From Promethearchaeota archaeon (lineage in GTDB: Archaea; Asgardarchaeota; Lokiarchaeia; Sigyniarchaeales; SOKP01): DNA of 64,000 nucleotides. Shown here one piece after another: positions 19,510 to 30,004 of this stretch. The position numbers and the translations under genes are program-made. The DNA lies in contig JAHPZA010000006.1 in NCBI GenBank assembly GCA_019058445.1, positions 992,001 through 1,056,000 of the forward strand. Reading direction: 5' to 3'. Positions within the stretch are counted from its first letter, which is position 1. Each line of letters opens with the position of its first letter. Below the pieces are notes generated by a model, which ran no database searches, was not told where the DNA came from, and saw only the letters and a program-made list of their open reading frames with translations.

Positions 19510-20466
19510 TTAAGACTTAAAATTCAAAAACTTCTCGGCATTTTTCCCTAATAAATTTTTTATTTCCCTTTGTTTGAACTTTAATCCAAATTCCTTCGCT
19601 GATTCAGGAATATTTTTAATCCATTCGACCCAATTCTTTTGATCCATGAATGACTCTAGATAAGGCCAATCCGTTCCGAACATAAGTCTATCCTTAACCG
19701 CAGGTCCTAAGAAAGCGGGAGTATCGAAAACATACCTTAGTGTTTTAAGAAAGTTATCAGGCATTATGAGAGCTTGGGCTTGATATCCTGAAATTTCAGC
19801 GTAAATATTAGGTCTTGAGACCATAATTTCGACACATTTCATGGTATAGCTTAAGCTCCCGAAATGAATTAATAAAATTTTCAAATCCGGGAATTTTGCT
19901 GCAAGAGTATCAAGATATATTGGATCCGCGTATTTAGACATGAAGGGAGCAGTGATAAGCGTAGCAGTATGGGAACATACGGGAACATCTAATTCAATGC
20001 ATTTTTCATAAAGCGGAAAAAAGGCTGGGTCATCAGGATAATAACCAGCCGTGGGATGGAATTTTACTCCTTTCATACTCCATTTCGTTACTGCTTTTTC
20101 AACTAATTTAACGGCCTTTTCACCTCTTCGAGGATCAACTGCACAGAGGGTATATAATTTATCAGGATATTGTGCTGCTTCTTTGGCAACCCATTCATTA
20201 ATTTCCTCTATTGTCCATTTTGCCTCTCCAACATCGGAGTTCATACCCCAGTCAACCGCCATAATAAGAGATTTATCTATCCTCGCTTCTTCCATCGCCT
20301 GCACGTGAGCTTCAGCATTGCAGGCATAAACTAATGGGAGTACTTTTTCATAGACTACTTCTTTGGTGAGATTCATCGCTTTTGAAAATAAATTTGCATA
20401 ATATTCATAACACTTATCGGAACTACAATTTTTATGAATAATATGTCCATGAGTGCTTATTATCAT
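19510..20466 (-). CDS. amidohydrolase_2 family protein
   Basis: THGH, GVKFHP, HFG and MFGTDWP motifs. Confidence 0.9.
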   Translation of the reverse strand: MIISTHGHIIHKNCSSDKCYEYYANLFSKAMNLTKEVVYEKVLPLVYACNAEAHVQAMEEARIDKSLIMAVDWGMNSDVGEAKWTIEEINEWVAKEAAQYPDKLYTLCAVDPRRGEKAVKLVEKAVTKWSMKGVKFHPTAGYYPDDPAFFPLYEKCIELDVPVCSHTATLITAPFMSKYADPIYLDTLAAKFPDLKILLIHFGSLSYTMKCVEIMVSRPNIYAEISGYQAQALIMPDNFLKTLRYVFDTPAFLGPAVKDRLMFGTDWPYLESFMDQKNWVEWIKNIPESAKEFGLKFKQREIKNLLGKNAEKFLNFKS

Positions 20467-20503
20467 AACAAATCACTATTACTTTAACATTTAGTAAAAT
20501 AAA

Positions 20504-22321
20504 CTATTCAATTACAGGTATATCAATATAAGATGCGTGAAATTTATTTCTTTTTATATTATATGTAGGGATACCTTCCTCAGGATAGCGGTTAAAAGTA
20601 TCCTTATCTGCTCCTGCTATTGCAACTCGTATTCTATGCCCTTTTCGGATTAAAACCGAAGTTGGTAAAAATCCAAAAGAGATTTGCATAATTTCTTCTG
20701 GTACTACGGGTTTTGCATCCTTCTTTCTAAATGAGTGATGTGGAACTGTAATTTTATAAGGAGGTTCTTCTGTAGAGATTTTTCGATGAATAAGGCGTAA
20801 TTGTCCTTCAGTGATATAAATCACTTTGCCTTTCTCATCAACATCTTCTAAATAAGCAAAGATTGCGCCATCATCGTGGGTAGAAGTCATATATAAGGTA
20901 ATGATTGCGTGTCCAGTTATTTCTATATTATTATCTAAGGGGATACTTGTTAAGGTTAGTAATTTCTCATCAATTTTAGCTCTATCTGGCATCTTTAACT
21001 TCTGGTCATAATGCACATGCCAACGATTCCCCGTCCCGGTGGATACATCAAAATCTACTTTATAGGTATTCTCCCCTACTTCGCTCTGAGGTTTCTTTTG
21101 CGATAACTCATTATTATCAGAGAAATACCATCTTTCCATAGTATGTCCTGCAGGAGGCCAAATTCCTGTTCGTTTCCATTTTTCTTCCCCCATGGTATAA
21201 TAATATAAGGCTTTTTCGGTAAATTTATCGTTAATACATAGCTCAAAGAAATCAAGCCGAGCCTTTTGCTGGACTGTTTGATCCATAGGGAGTTTATATT
21301 TTTTATAAAAGAAGGGATTTGTTTTTCGGATAATTTCATGATCCCAATCACCGATAATTGCCCTCATGGGATTGTTATACGTCATGAAACGTTTAATGAT
21401 ATGATCTGAGACAGCAGCATCCAACCAGCCACCCCATACACAAAAGGGGACATTATATCTTTCTATTTTCTTCTTTTGAGTAAATACACTGACAGCATCA
21501 ATTGTATCCCTATAGTTGACTTCAAGTTCAACTTCATGAACATAGATATTTTTTTCATGTTCTTTCACGGCTTCTTTTAGGAGTTTTTTTCCTTTATCAG
21601 ATTCTACGGGCTTCACTCCTTTTGCCAAATAAAAAAGAGGAGGATGCAGGGTAAGAAAACTTTTACTTTTATTTTGGTCCAAACCTTTATCAAGTTCTCC
21701 CCAATCTGTCATAAAATAATGATTATATACCCCTCCAGGGAGTCCAACTTCTAAATAAGTGTCCCATTGGCTGCTCATTGGAAGCACTCCTTTTAAACAG
21801 CCATTTGTGTGTTTTAAGGTTGCTAAATATTCAGCAGCAGTTCCTAAATAGGATACTCCCATTGATACTATATTTCCATTTGACCATGGTTGTTGAATTA
21901 TCCAATCAGTTATTTCTCGACCATCTTTTACCTCATTTGCGGACCAAGGCCACGGTCTGGTACCGAATGAGGCTCCAGTGCCCCTCACATCTACTTTAAC
22001 AAAAGCATAACCCCGTTCTATACCGAGTTTATGAAGGTGTTTACTATACCCAAAGCTATAGTCATTCATAAACCATTTGAAAGGAATTCTCAAATCATAA
22101 TCCCTCCAATACCGAGTTTGTAATAAGATAGCAGGAAGCTTATCTTTAACTGAGAGATTTTTGGGTAAGAGAACTTCGACGGCAATTTTTACACCGTCCC
22201 TCATTGTTAGATAATAAGAACTTTTTTTTATCCCCTTAAAGTTTACTTCTCGTCGAGGAACATTTTCAAAATAAAAAGGATTGACTTCCATATAATCGCC
22301 AATAATTTTCTTTAGAATCAA
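20504..22321 (-). CDS. CocE/NonD family hydrolase
   Basis: MRDGVKIA, DVRGTGASFG, GVSYLG and IGDWDH motifs. Confidence 0.92.
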   Translation of the reverse strand: MILKKIIGDYMEVNPFYFENVPRREVNFKGIKKSSYYLTMRDGVKIAVEVLLPKNLSVKDKLPAILLQTRYWRDYDLRIPFKWFMNDYSFGYSKHLHKLGIERGYAFVKVDVRGTGASFGTRPWPWSANEVKDGREITDWIIQQPWSNGNIVSMGVSYLGTAAEYLATLKHTNGCLKGVLPMSSQWDTYLEVGLPGGVYNHYFMTDWGELDKGLDQNKSKSFLTLHPPLFYLAKGVKPVESDKGKKLLKEAVKEHEKNIYVHEVELEVNYRDTIDAVSVFTQKKKIERYNVPFCVWGGWLDAAVSDHIIKRFMTYNNPMRAIIGDWDHEIIRKTNPFFYKKYKLPMDQTVQQKARLDFFELCINDKFTEKALYYYTMGEEKWKRTGIWPPAGHTMERWYFSDNNELSQKKPQSEVGENTYKVDFDVSTGTGNRWHVHYDQKLKMPDRAKIDEKLLTLTSIPLDNNIEITGHAIITLYMTSTHDDGAIFAYLEDVDEKGKVIYITEGQLRLIHRKISTEEPPYKITVPHHSFRKKDAKPVVPEEIMQISFGFLPTSVLIRKGHRIRVAIAGADKDTFNRYPEEGIPTYNIKRNKFHASYIDIPVIE

Positions 22322-22397
22322 TATAATGATATTTAAAATCTATTGAGTTAAAATGTGTTAAAGACATTTATATAAATTTGGAATAAAGATTATTTTG

Positions 22398-23624
22398 TTA
22401 AGAAGTAATGCCAAAATGAAAATCGGCAAAATCAAGGTATCTTTCCCAGTCGTAATTAAGTACATCATGACCTCCTTCCCGGATATGATACCCTATTGTG
22501 GAGAGAATTGGTTGATGAATTCCCGGCATTTCATTAGTGTTAAGACCATCAGTTCCTAGCACTTTATAAACTAAATCCGCGTATTTAGCCGAGAGAAATT
22601 CACCTCGTGGATCAGACCAAAGATCTTTTTCAGCACTCGCAACATAAACAGGTCTTGGAGCTATCAAAGAAAGCAACATATGCTGATCCACAGGGAGTTG
22701 TTCTTCATTATCGTTATATCGTTTAAAATGCTCACAGAACCAATGAGGAAATTGATAATTGATATGCGATATAGTTTCCCCGAATTTTCGACGGTATAAT
22801 GCAGCACCCCCACATCCCGAATTATTAGAAATTACAATTGCAAATCGCGGATCATTTGCTCCCGCCCATAATGCGGTTTTTCCTAGTCGCGAATGGCCCA
22901 TCACAATTACACGCCTATTATCTATATCATCATCATTTTCAAAATAGTCCATTGCTCGTTGTAGACCCCAGGCCCATGCGCCGATTGTGCCCCACTCATC
23001 AGCAGCTGGCTTGGTTTGTCTTTTTGTATAAAATAAGGGATGTACTCCGTTTTGAAACCCGTCATCAAAATCCGGGTCAATATCACCACAATATATGGTA
23101 GATAGCCCATATCCTCGGTCAATGATAAATTCAATGGGCCATTTAGAGGAACGAACTCCTCGTGATTTTTCTGTAGCTCTATGTTTTACGATTCCAAGAG
23201 CAATTTTTGTAGGCATCCACTGCTTTGATAAAGAAATATTTGGATCGTGATAAATGGAATGATTTCCAAAAAAATTTAACCCAATAAAGGTGGAAATTGG
23301 TTTTGGTTGAACATTAGGAAGATACATGAGCATGTCCATTTGCAACTCGAGGTGATTATTTTCCAAAACGATAGCAATTTCCTTACGAGTTGCCTTACCC
23401 TTAAGCGCATTTTTATCTATGGATGTAATCTTAAACGATATCTTTTCGGGTTTTCCAGGCATTTTTCCGTACATATGCTGCTCAAATAATTCAAGAAGTT
23501 CGGGTCTTCGTTTCTCGAACCATAGTCTTTCGTCATCGATTTTTGTCCCATCAATACAAGTAAGAGGATCAGGAAGACCATACTCTGGAACGTTAGTTTC
23601 TTTAAAATTTACATCTAATCCCAA
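22398..23624 (-). CDS. CE15 glucuronoyl-esterase-like hydrolase
   Basis: WGTIGAWAWG, GHSRLGKTA (G-x-S-R-x-G-K), LPVDQH, IAPRP and GGHD motifs. Confidence 0.88.
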   Translation of the reverse strand: MGLDVNFKETNVPEYGLPDPLTCIDGTKIDDERLWFEKRRPELLELFEQHMYGKMPGKPEKISFKITSIDKNALKGKATRKEIAIVLENNHLELQMDMLMYLPNVQPKPISTFIGLNFFGNHSIYHDPNISLSKQWMPTKIALGIVKHRATEKSRGVRSSKWPIEFIIDRGYGLSTIYCGDIDPDFDDGFQNGVHPLFYTKRQTKPAADEWGTIGAWAWGLQRAMDYFENDDDIDNRRVIVMGHSRLGKTALWAGANDPRFAIVISNNSGCGGAALYRRKFGETISHINYQFPHWFCEHFKRYNDNEEQLPVDQHMLLSLIAPRPVYVASAEKDLWSDPRGEFLSAKYADLVYKVLGTDGLNTNEMPGIHQPILSTIGYHIREGGHDVLNYDWERYLDFADFHFGITS

Positions 23625-23701
23625 GTTATATCCCCTAAGAAAGCAATCTATAATTTAATAAATTTCCTCAATAGTTATTATTTATCTAATATTTCTAATA
23701 A

Positions 23702-24148
23702 TTGCTTGGTTTTATAAAAAATTTTAATAAAAGGGAAAAGTATATGAAAGTAAACCTCCATCATGCCCATTTATTCGCATCAAACTTAGATGAAAGCCTC
23801 CGATTTTATAAAAATATGTTCGGAGCAGAAATACTCTTCGATTTAGAAGTGGCAGGTGCTCGGAATGTAATGATATCGATAGGGACTTCTAAAATTAATT
23901 TCTATGATCAACCACCGAAAGACAAGGAGCGCGGTGTGGTTCATCACTTAGGGATTGAGACCAATGATTTAGAAGCTTTGGTAGCGCATATGAAGAGTAA
24001 AGGATTTGAGTTCAGAAAGTCGATTAAAAATCTAGGAATGTTAAAATATGTCATGGCGGAGGGCCCCGATCATGTACTCTTTGAACTTTTTGAAGTAATA
24101 AAAGATAAACTATCTGAGGATCAATATAAATTAATTTCTACTTTCTGA
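23702..24148 (+). CDS. VOC/glyoxalase family protein
   Basis: LHHAHL, HHLGI and GPDHVLFEL; likely start MKVNLHH. Confidence 0.88.
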   Translation: MLGFIKNFNKREKYMKVNLHHAHLFASNLDESLRFYKNMFGAEILFDLEVAGARNVMISIGTSKINFYDQPPKDKERGVVHHLGIETNDLEALVAHMKSKGFEFRKSIKNLGMLKYVMAEGPDHVLFELFEVIKDKLSEDQYKLISTF

Positions 24149-24154
24149 TAAAGA

Positions 24155-24766
24155 TTAAAGCTGGGTTGCATACCCGTTATCCACTCTTTTTAATAAATAT
24201 CTTACAGAACGCTTCTCTTTTAAGGTAAAAAATGTAGCAAAATTGCGTGTTATAGTAGATCCATAATAAGAATTTCCAAAAAAGGTATCTACACTCTTGA
24301 TAGTGTTTAACATATATTTTTTATTTCCTTGATGGAGGTATATTGAAATGTCATTAATTATCAAAATAGAAGTAGGATTTTCATTAAATATTTCCAAAAC
24401 TTCATGAGCTTTCTTATAATTAAGGAGGGCATTTTGATATAGTTCTTTCTTATTATGTGCATTTAAGCGGGGTGGTATGATTTCCCCTTCAAAAGATATA
24501 TTATTACACTCACTTGATCTATCATAAAAATCTTCAATTTTACCTCCGATTTTTAAATTCTTGATTATACTTAATTTGGGAGCAAAATCTAAAATAGTAA
24601 TCTCTTTTGGATTAAGGTTTTTCGATTCTATGAGGAATTCAATAAATTTTGCGGTAAAATAGGTCTTTTTTGTATTCGTTTCGCCATATAAAATCGTCGA
24701 ATATCCAATAAATCGGTTTAAATCCAAATCCTCATGGAATATCATAAAAATTACAAAAAAAATCAA
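24155..24766 (-). CDS. P-loop NTPase-like protein with degenerate Walker A
   Basis: ILYGETNTKKT; ILIIND is Walker-B-like. Confidence 0.6.
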   Translation of the reverse strand: MIFFVIFMIFHEDLDLNRFIGYSTILYGETNTKKTYFTAKFIEFLIESKNLNPKEITILDFAPKLSIIKNLKIGGKIEDFYDRSSECNNISFEGEIIPPRLNAHNKKELYQNALLNYKKAHEVLEIFNENPTSILIINDISIYLHQGNKKYMLNTIKSVDTFFGNSYYGSTITRNFATFFTLKEKRSVRYLLKRVDNGYATQL

Positions 24767-24776
24767 ATTTTAATAT

Positions 24777-25328
24777 TTAAAAATAATCTTCCCAAGAAAT
24801 TCCTGCCCTTCTTAGGATTTTAAGCATAATAAATCCTAGGATACACCCAGGAATACAACTCGCAGCGAATAAGCCCCAGTAAATAAACAATCCTTCAATA
24901 CCACCTATTGGTGCGATAAGTTGTGCGATAGTTCCACCGATAAATACCGTTCCGATGGGCTCAGTTAAAGCAGCAAATTCTACTTTTTCAGGTTTCTTTT
25001 TTCTCAAAATATATGCTGATGTTCCAACTACCACCGCACCAGAAATACCGCCATGGAAAGCGTGAATTGTGCCAATTCCGAATGCAAACCTTAAGATAGC
25101 TATACCTAAAGCAACTATACAAGAGAAAGTGAGTCCTATTAAGACTCCTGTTAACGCATTGATGAAATGTACAAAAGGATTAATTTTGGTTCCGAATAGG
25201 AAAAAATAGGCAAATGGGTTTAGAAAACTCAGTACTAACCCGACAGCTATGAAAATCCCCGCAGTTGCTACTCGTTTCGTCAACTCATTTTGGATCATTG
25301 CTTTTTTTTCGGTGCTTTCATCATTCAA
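24777..25328 (-). CDS. thiW: ECF transporter S component ThiW
   Basis: NPFVHFINAL.G, ILRF.FGIGT..AF.GG and EPIGTVFIG match the ThiW pattern. Confidence 0.8.
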   Translation of the reverse strand: MNDESTEKKAMIQNELTKRVATAGIFIAVGLVLSFLNPFAYFFLFGTKINPFVHFINALTGVLIGLTFSCIVALGIAILRFAFGIGTIHAFHGGISGAVVVGTSAYILRKKKPEKVEFAALTEPIGTVFIGGTIAQLIAPIGGIEGLFIYWGLFAASCIPGCILGFIMLKILRRAGISWEDYF

Positions 25329-25523
25329 CTTTTTATACCTCAGATCTTTTTCGCATATCCAGTAATTTTGATTTTTCGGTCATATTTACTTTATTCGTTG
25401 AATTAAAGATCAATAAATTGTAATCATTAATTAAATTAATGAAATTGCGTTTACTTTATTATTATTGCCGATTAAAATGAAGATTTTATGTAAGTAGTAT
25501 TGTTCATAATGGTGAATGGATAC

Positions 25524-26201
25524 ATGATAAAAATAGGAGATAAAACCATAAATCCCACCAAAATTATTTGTGTGGGCACAAATTATATGGATCATATCGA
25601 AGAGACTAAATTGCCAGTACCTAAAGAGCCGGTTCTTTTTCCTAAGACTTTAAACTGCTTAATAAGTGATGGAGACCCTATAATTTATCCAAAATTATTG
25701 TTTAACAATCGTAGGTTAAAAAGGGTAGATTTTGAAGTTGAGCTCGCGTTTATAATAAAGGATAAGTGCAAAGATGTGCCTAAAGATGAGACTTATGAGC
25801 ATGTCCTGGGATATTCCGTTTTTAATGATGTTACGGCTCGTAAAATGCAAACAAAGGATATAGTTTCTCAATTACCCTGGTTTCGCTCAAAATCGCTTGA
25901 TACTTTTGGTCCCATTGGTCCAAGGATCGCGTCTGTTGATGAAATACAAGATCCTCACAATTTAAAGATCGATTTAAAAGTAAATGGAGAAGTAAAGCAA
26001 TCATCTAATACGAGACACTTATTGTTTAAAATTCCGGACTTAATGGAATATATTTCTAGTTTATTTACTATGGAACCAGGGGATATTGTTGCAACAGGTA
26101 CTCCATCTGGGATTAGCCCTGTGTTACCCGGTGATGTAATTGAAGCTACTATTGAGAAAATAGGAACTCTTACAAATAAGGTTTTATTAGAGGGAGATTG
26201 A
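25524..26201 (+). CDS. fumarylacetoacetate hydrolase family
   Basis: KIICVGTNYMDH, DFEVELA, NDVTAR and ATGTPSG. Confidence 0.93.
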   Translation: MIKIGDKTINPTKIICVGTNYMDHIEETKLPVPKEPVLFPKTLNCLISDGDPIIYPKLLFNNRRLKRVDFEVELAFIIKDKCKDVPKDETYEHVLGYSVFNDVTARKMQTKDIVSQLPWFRSKSLDTFGPIGPRIASVDEIQDPHNLKIDLKVNGEVKQSSNTRHLLFKIPDLMEYISSLFTMEPGDIVATGTPSGISPVLPGDVIEATIEKIGTLTNKVLLEGD

Positions 26202-26210
26202 CTGTATTAT

Positions 26211-26882
26211 ATGAAAATTGGAGACCTTGAGATTTTTCCGACGAAAATTATTTGCTTAGGGCGTAATTACGCTGAACATGCCAAAGAGATGAATTCTCAA
26301 GTACCCCCAGAACCTATTTTTTTTGGTAAAACCATTAACTGTCTAATTAAAAACAAGGAACCTATTATTTATCCTCGAATTTTATATGAGAATCCTGAGA
26401 TCAATCGCGTGGATCATGAAGTTGAGCTAGCTTTCATAATAAAAAAGAAATGCAAAAATATCAACCCGGAAGAGTATGAAGATTTTATCCTTGGATATAC
26501 TATTTTTCTCGATATTACGGCTCGAAAGATGCAAAAAAAAGATAGAGGAATTAATCTACCATGGTACCGGTCTAAAAATTTCGATACTTTTGGCCCAATC
26601 GGTCCACAAATAATTGAAGAATGTGAGAATCCTCATAATCTAAAAATTGAATTAAAAGTAAATGGAGAGGTCAAACAGTCATCTAATACAAAGTTTATGA
26701 TATTTAAAATTCCAGAAATCATTGCATATATCTCAAAATATCTTACATTAGACCCAGGAGACATAATTGCTACAGGCACTCCAAGTGGAGTTGGTCCCAT
26801 CCTCCCTGGAGATGTTCTCGAGGCCTCAATTGATAAAATAGGTACCCTAACAAATAAAGTTATATTAGAAGATTCAGATTGA
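26211..26882 (+). CDS. fumarylacetoacetate hydrolase family (tandem paralog)
   Basis: KIICLGRNYAEH, DHEVELA and ATGTPSGVG. Confidence 0.93.
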   Translation: MKIGDLEIFPTKIICLGRNYAEHAKEMNSQVPPEPIFFGKTINCLIKNKEPIIYPRILYENPEINRVDHEVELAFIIKKKCKNINPEEYEDFILGYTIFLDITARKMQKKDRGINLPWYRSKNFDTFGPIGPQIIEECENPHNLKIELKVNGEVKQSSNTKFMIFKIPEIIAYISKYLTLDPGDIIATGTPSGVGPILPGDVLEASIDKIGTLTNKVILEDSD

Positions 26883-26996
26883 AAAAGTCATATACCATTT
26901 TTTTGAATTTTATTAAATCTTTATAAGGAATTCTGCTAAATCTTTATTATTAATTGAATTCTATGTTTAAATATAAATTTATTTAGGAAAAATTAT

Positions 26997-28064
26997 ATGT
27001 CAGACGAGCCATATATAAAATTACGAGAACATTTGAATGAATTCCCTATTGGTTTTCCCGAAACATCTACGGGAATTGAAATTAAAATCTTAAAACGACT
27101 TTTTACAGAGGAGGAAGCAGAGATTGCTGTATTACTAAACCCTTTACCTGATACTGCTGCTAGAATTGCTAAACGAGCAAAAATGGACAAGAAAGAAATG
27201 GAAGAAAAATTAGAGACAATGTCAAAAAAAGGGCTCATATTTCGAGTTCGAAGGGAAGGAAAAACGTTCTATAATGCTGCTCCATTCATGATTGGGCTGT
27301 ATGAATATTCGGTAAATAAAATTGATAAAGATTTAGCAAAAATGTTTAAAGAGTACTATGATTTAGCTATGGTGGATGAAATGGGAGCAAGTGATGTACC
27401 TGGTTTCAAAGTACTTCCCGTAGATGAGACAATTGAAGCTAATACTGTACTCTATCCGTACCATGAACTTAAGAAAAGTATAAAAAATGCCAGAAAAATT
27501 GCGGTGTATGATTGCATTTGTCGAAAGGAGGCCCGATTATTAGGTCATGGATGTGATTATCCAATGGAAGACACTTGTTTGGCATTCGGAGCTGCAGCTG
27601 AATATTATATTGAAAATGGGATAGCACGAGAAATCACACCTGAAGAATGTATAGAAATTATTGAAAAAACTGATAAAGCAGGCTTGGTTCATGCGGGAGT
27701 GAATTCTAAACACTTGTCGAATATTTGCAATTGTTGCCCCTGCTGTTGTGCTACTATGAAAGGAATTACTAAAAAGGGATACGATAAACATAGATACTTA
27801 AATGCTTTGTTTGAATCTAAAATTGATCAAGAATTATGTATTGGATGTGGCAATTGTGTTGAAACTTGTCCTGTGGATGCGATTACTTTAGATGATATAG
27901 CTGTAGTGAATAGAGAGTTGTGTCTTGGATGTGGATTATGTGCTGGTACCTGTCCGGAAGAGGCTATCACATTACATCTAAGAGATGATGGTGAGGAGCC
28001 GTTTGAGAGGGTAATTGAGCTAGGAAAAGCAATATATGAAGGTAAAAGGAAGATTTCCGATTAA
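26997..28064 (+). CDS. 4Fe-4S binding protein with N-terminal wHTH
   Basis: CICR...C, ICNCCPCCC and two CxxCxxCxxxCP motifs. Confidence 0.9.
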   Translation: MSDEPYIKLREHLNEFPIGFPETSTGIEIKILKRLFTEEEAEIAVLLNPLPDTAARIAKRAKMDKKEMEEKLETMSKKGLIFRVRREGKTFYNAAPFMIGLYEYSVNKIDKDLAKMFKEYYDLAMVDEMGASDVPGFKVLPVDETIEANTVLYPYHELKKSIKNARKIAVYDCICRKEARLLGHGCDYPMEDTCLAFGAAAEYYIENGIAREITPEECIEIIEKTDKAGLVHAGVNSKHLSNICNCCPCCCATMKGITKKGYDKHRYLNALFESKIDQELCIGCGNCVETCPVDAITLDDIAVVNRELCLGCGLCAGTCPEEAITLHLRDDGEEPFERVIELGKAIYEGKRKISD

Positions 28065-28125
28065 TAAATATACCTTCTAAAACTTAAACTAAAAATTAAA
28101 AAAGAGAAAAAATATCTACAACATA

Positions 28126-28311
28126 ATGACAGAAGAAGTGAGTGAAGAAATTAAAAAAGAAATTTTTGAATTAATTTCGATGCCTGGAGTAGAGATTCAA
28201 GATATTGCAGAAAAATTGAATCTTGACTATGAAAAAGTAATGAATGTTCTTTCTGATGAATATTTGAAACATAATCTCGATTATGGGCGCAGAATGTGCT
28301 GTAGATTTTAA
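28126..28311 (+). CDS. small HTH-like hypothetical protein
   Basis: IQDIAEKLNLDYEKV HTH-like segment; C-terminal CCRF. Confidence 0.6.
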   Translation: MTEEVSEEIKKEIFELISMPGVEIQDIAEKLNLDYEKVMNVLSDEYLKHNLDYGRRMCCRF

Positions 28312-28341
28312 ATTTTTAAAATAAAAAAAAGTGTTTTATTT

Positions 28342-29082
28342 TTATTCTTTGACTATCCAGTTTGCAATACGTTCTGGCATAGTCCAACCAATATAATTTA
28401 AGATGGAAGCTGTAATCAATAAAAGTCTTGTTATAACTAAAGATATTGGATTTAATGGAATTGCCGTATCTAGAATACTACCAATGAGGAATACAATAAA
28501 ACCAAGAAAGATAAATTTCCCCTTCCATCGGTTTCTTGCATCTTCTGATTGTAAAGATCTATGCAAGAAGATTATTTGTGTAACTAAAGAAACTACAAGT
28601 ATAAGTAAAATATACCACGTAACAAAGTTTCTAGTTTCAGAGTCAAATCGAGTAACTCTAATAACCAGAAATGAGGGATCAACTACAAGAAAGTACATGA
28701 AAAATATAGTATATAAAATGCCGATTGCTAGCCATATGGAAAAAATTTTCCATTTTGATTTTGGATATATAAGATACGCAAAGGAAAACACCCAAAAGAT
28801 GGTTGTTAATGACAAAAATCCAAAACTTATAAAAACATATAAAGAATCGGATAATTCTAAATCAAAAAATGCGTATAAAATAAACGCAAGGGAAGAGCCC
28901 CACCAACCTGAAGTAACAAATGTCATCATAAGTCCTATTGTAAGGAGCTCAGTTTTTTTATGGGTAAAATACTTTGAAGTAATCTTAAATCCTATAAAAA
29001 TTGAAATTACTACGCTCAGCATAGTTAAAATACCTTGTAATAATTCTAATTGTGTTAAACCTTCTAAGCCCATAAATATCAC
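28342..29082 (-). CDS. stand-alone 7-TM membrane protein
   Basis: About 7 TM helices; paralog of 29264..30004 (ELLT.G, RW.GKF, Y.GW..P). Confidence 0.8.
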   Translation of the reverse strand: MIFMGLEGLTQLELLQGILTMLSVVISIFIGFKITSKYFTHKKTELLTIGLMMTFVTSGWWGSSLAFILYAFFDLELSDSLYVFISFGFLSLTTIFWVFSFAYLIYPKSKWKIFSIWLAIGILYTIFFMYFLVVDPSFLVIRVTRFDSETRNFVTWYILLILVVSLVTQIIFLHRSLQSEDARNRWKGKFIFLGFIVFLIGSILDTAIPLNPISLVITRLLLITASILNYIGWTMPERIANWIVKE

Positions 29083-29263
29083 TTTTTTTGAAGCGAAATA
29101 AATTAGTAATAATAAAATAAATTTTCTATTTATAAATCTGTTTAATTAAATAAGTGCTGTCATATCCTTACAGCTCTTTGCGAACCTTATCATATCGTTG
29201 ATTTTTCTGTAATATTGTAAATTTCAAAAATATGGGAAAAAAAATAAATAAATTACAAAATTT

Positions 29264-30004
29264 TTAGATTTCTTGCTGCTCTTTTATTACCAATTTAGCG
29301 ATACTTTTCGGTAAAAGCCATCCAAAATAGCTGATTATAGAAGATATAACCCGAAGAGTTCTCGTAAGAATTATAATTAATGCTGTATCTGGAAGAAACA
29401 TACCTATTAACCCAGAAACGGCTCCTATAATCATAGAAATTAGTAAAAACTTTCCTCTCCATTTTATTTTCGGATCTTGTGAACGGAAGCATCTATGTAT
29501 AAAGATTGACATTGTAATTAAAAGTGCCACAACAACAAATAATAAGAAACTGCTAATATATAGAAATGCCTCACCAGTAATTTTTCCCGTTCTACGTCCT
29601 AAACTTTCTGGGTCGGTAAGTAAAAAATACAACAGGAAAATGTCGTATAAAGCACTAATTATTCCAAATATCAGCATAATTTTTTTCACCGATTTTGGAT
29701 AAACTAAAATGGCGAATGAGTACATCCAAAAAAGCAATCCAAGCGGTACTAAGAGATGAAATGATAAATGAAAGACTAGTCCAGGCTCGTAATTATAGAG
29801 AATAATCAAAAAAAAAGTGATTGAACTTGACCAGTACACCACGGACCCGAAAGCTAAACTAATACCTACTGTTAGAAGTTCCCTGCGCTTATATTCTACA
29901 TATTTCCAAGCTATTATTATCCCCACAAATATACCGATTAAATTCGCTAAGGTTGTAAAGATACCATTTATAATGTCTAAATTTGATAAATCGCTTAATG
30001 CCAA
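29264..30004 (-). CDS. stand-alone 7-TM membrane protein
   Basis: Same length (246 aa) and motifs as the neighbouring gene. Confidence 0.8.
   Translation of the reverse strand: MALSDLSNLDIINGIFTTLANLIGIFVGIIIAWKYVEYKRRELLTVGISLAFGSVVYWSSSITFFLIILYNYEPGLVFHLSFHLLVPLGLLFWMYSFAILVYPKSVKKIMLIFGIISALYDIFLLYFLLTDPESLGRRTGKITGEAFLYISSFLLFVVVALLITMSIFIHRCFRSQDPKIKWRGKFLLISMIIGAVSGLIGMFLPDTALIIILTRTLRVISSIISYFGWLLPKSIAKLVIKEQQEI

Noticed and set aside
25329-25500. TPP riboswitch upstream of thiW
   Set aside because: Only a lone CTGAG is present; the conserved CUGAGA and ACCUGA core and GC stems are absent.
28403-29101. 232-aa antisense ORF
   Set aside because: Shadow of a hydrophobic membrane gene that has a clear paralog; no recognisable motifs.
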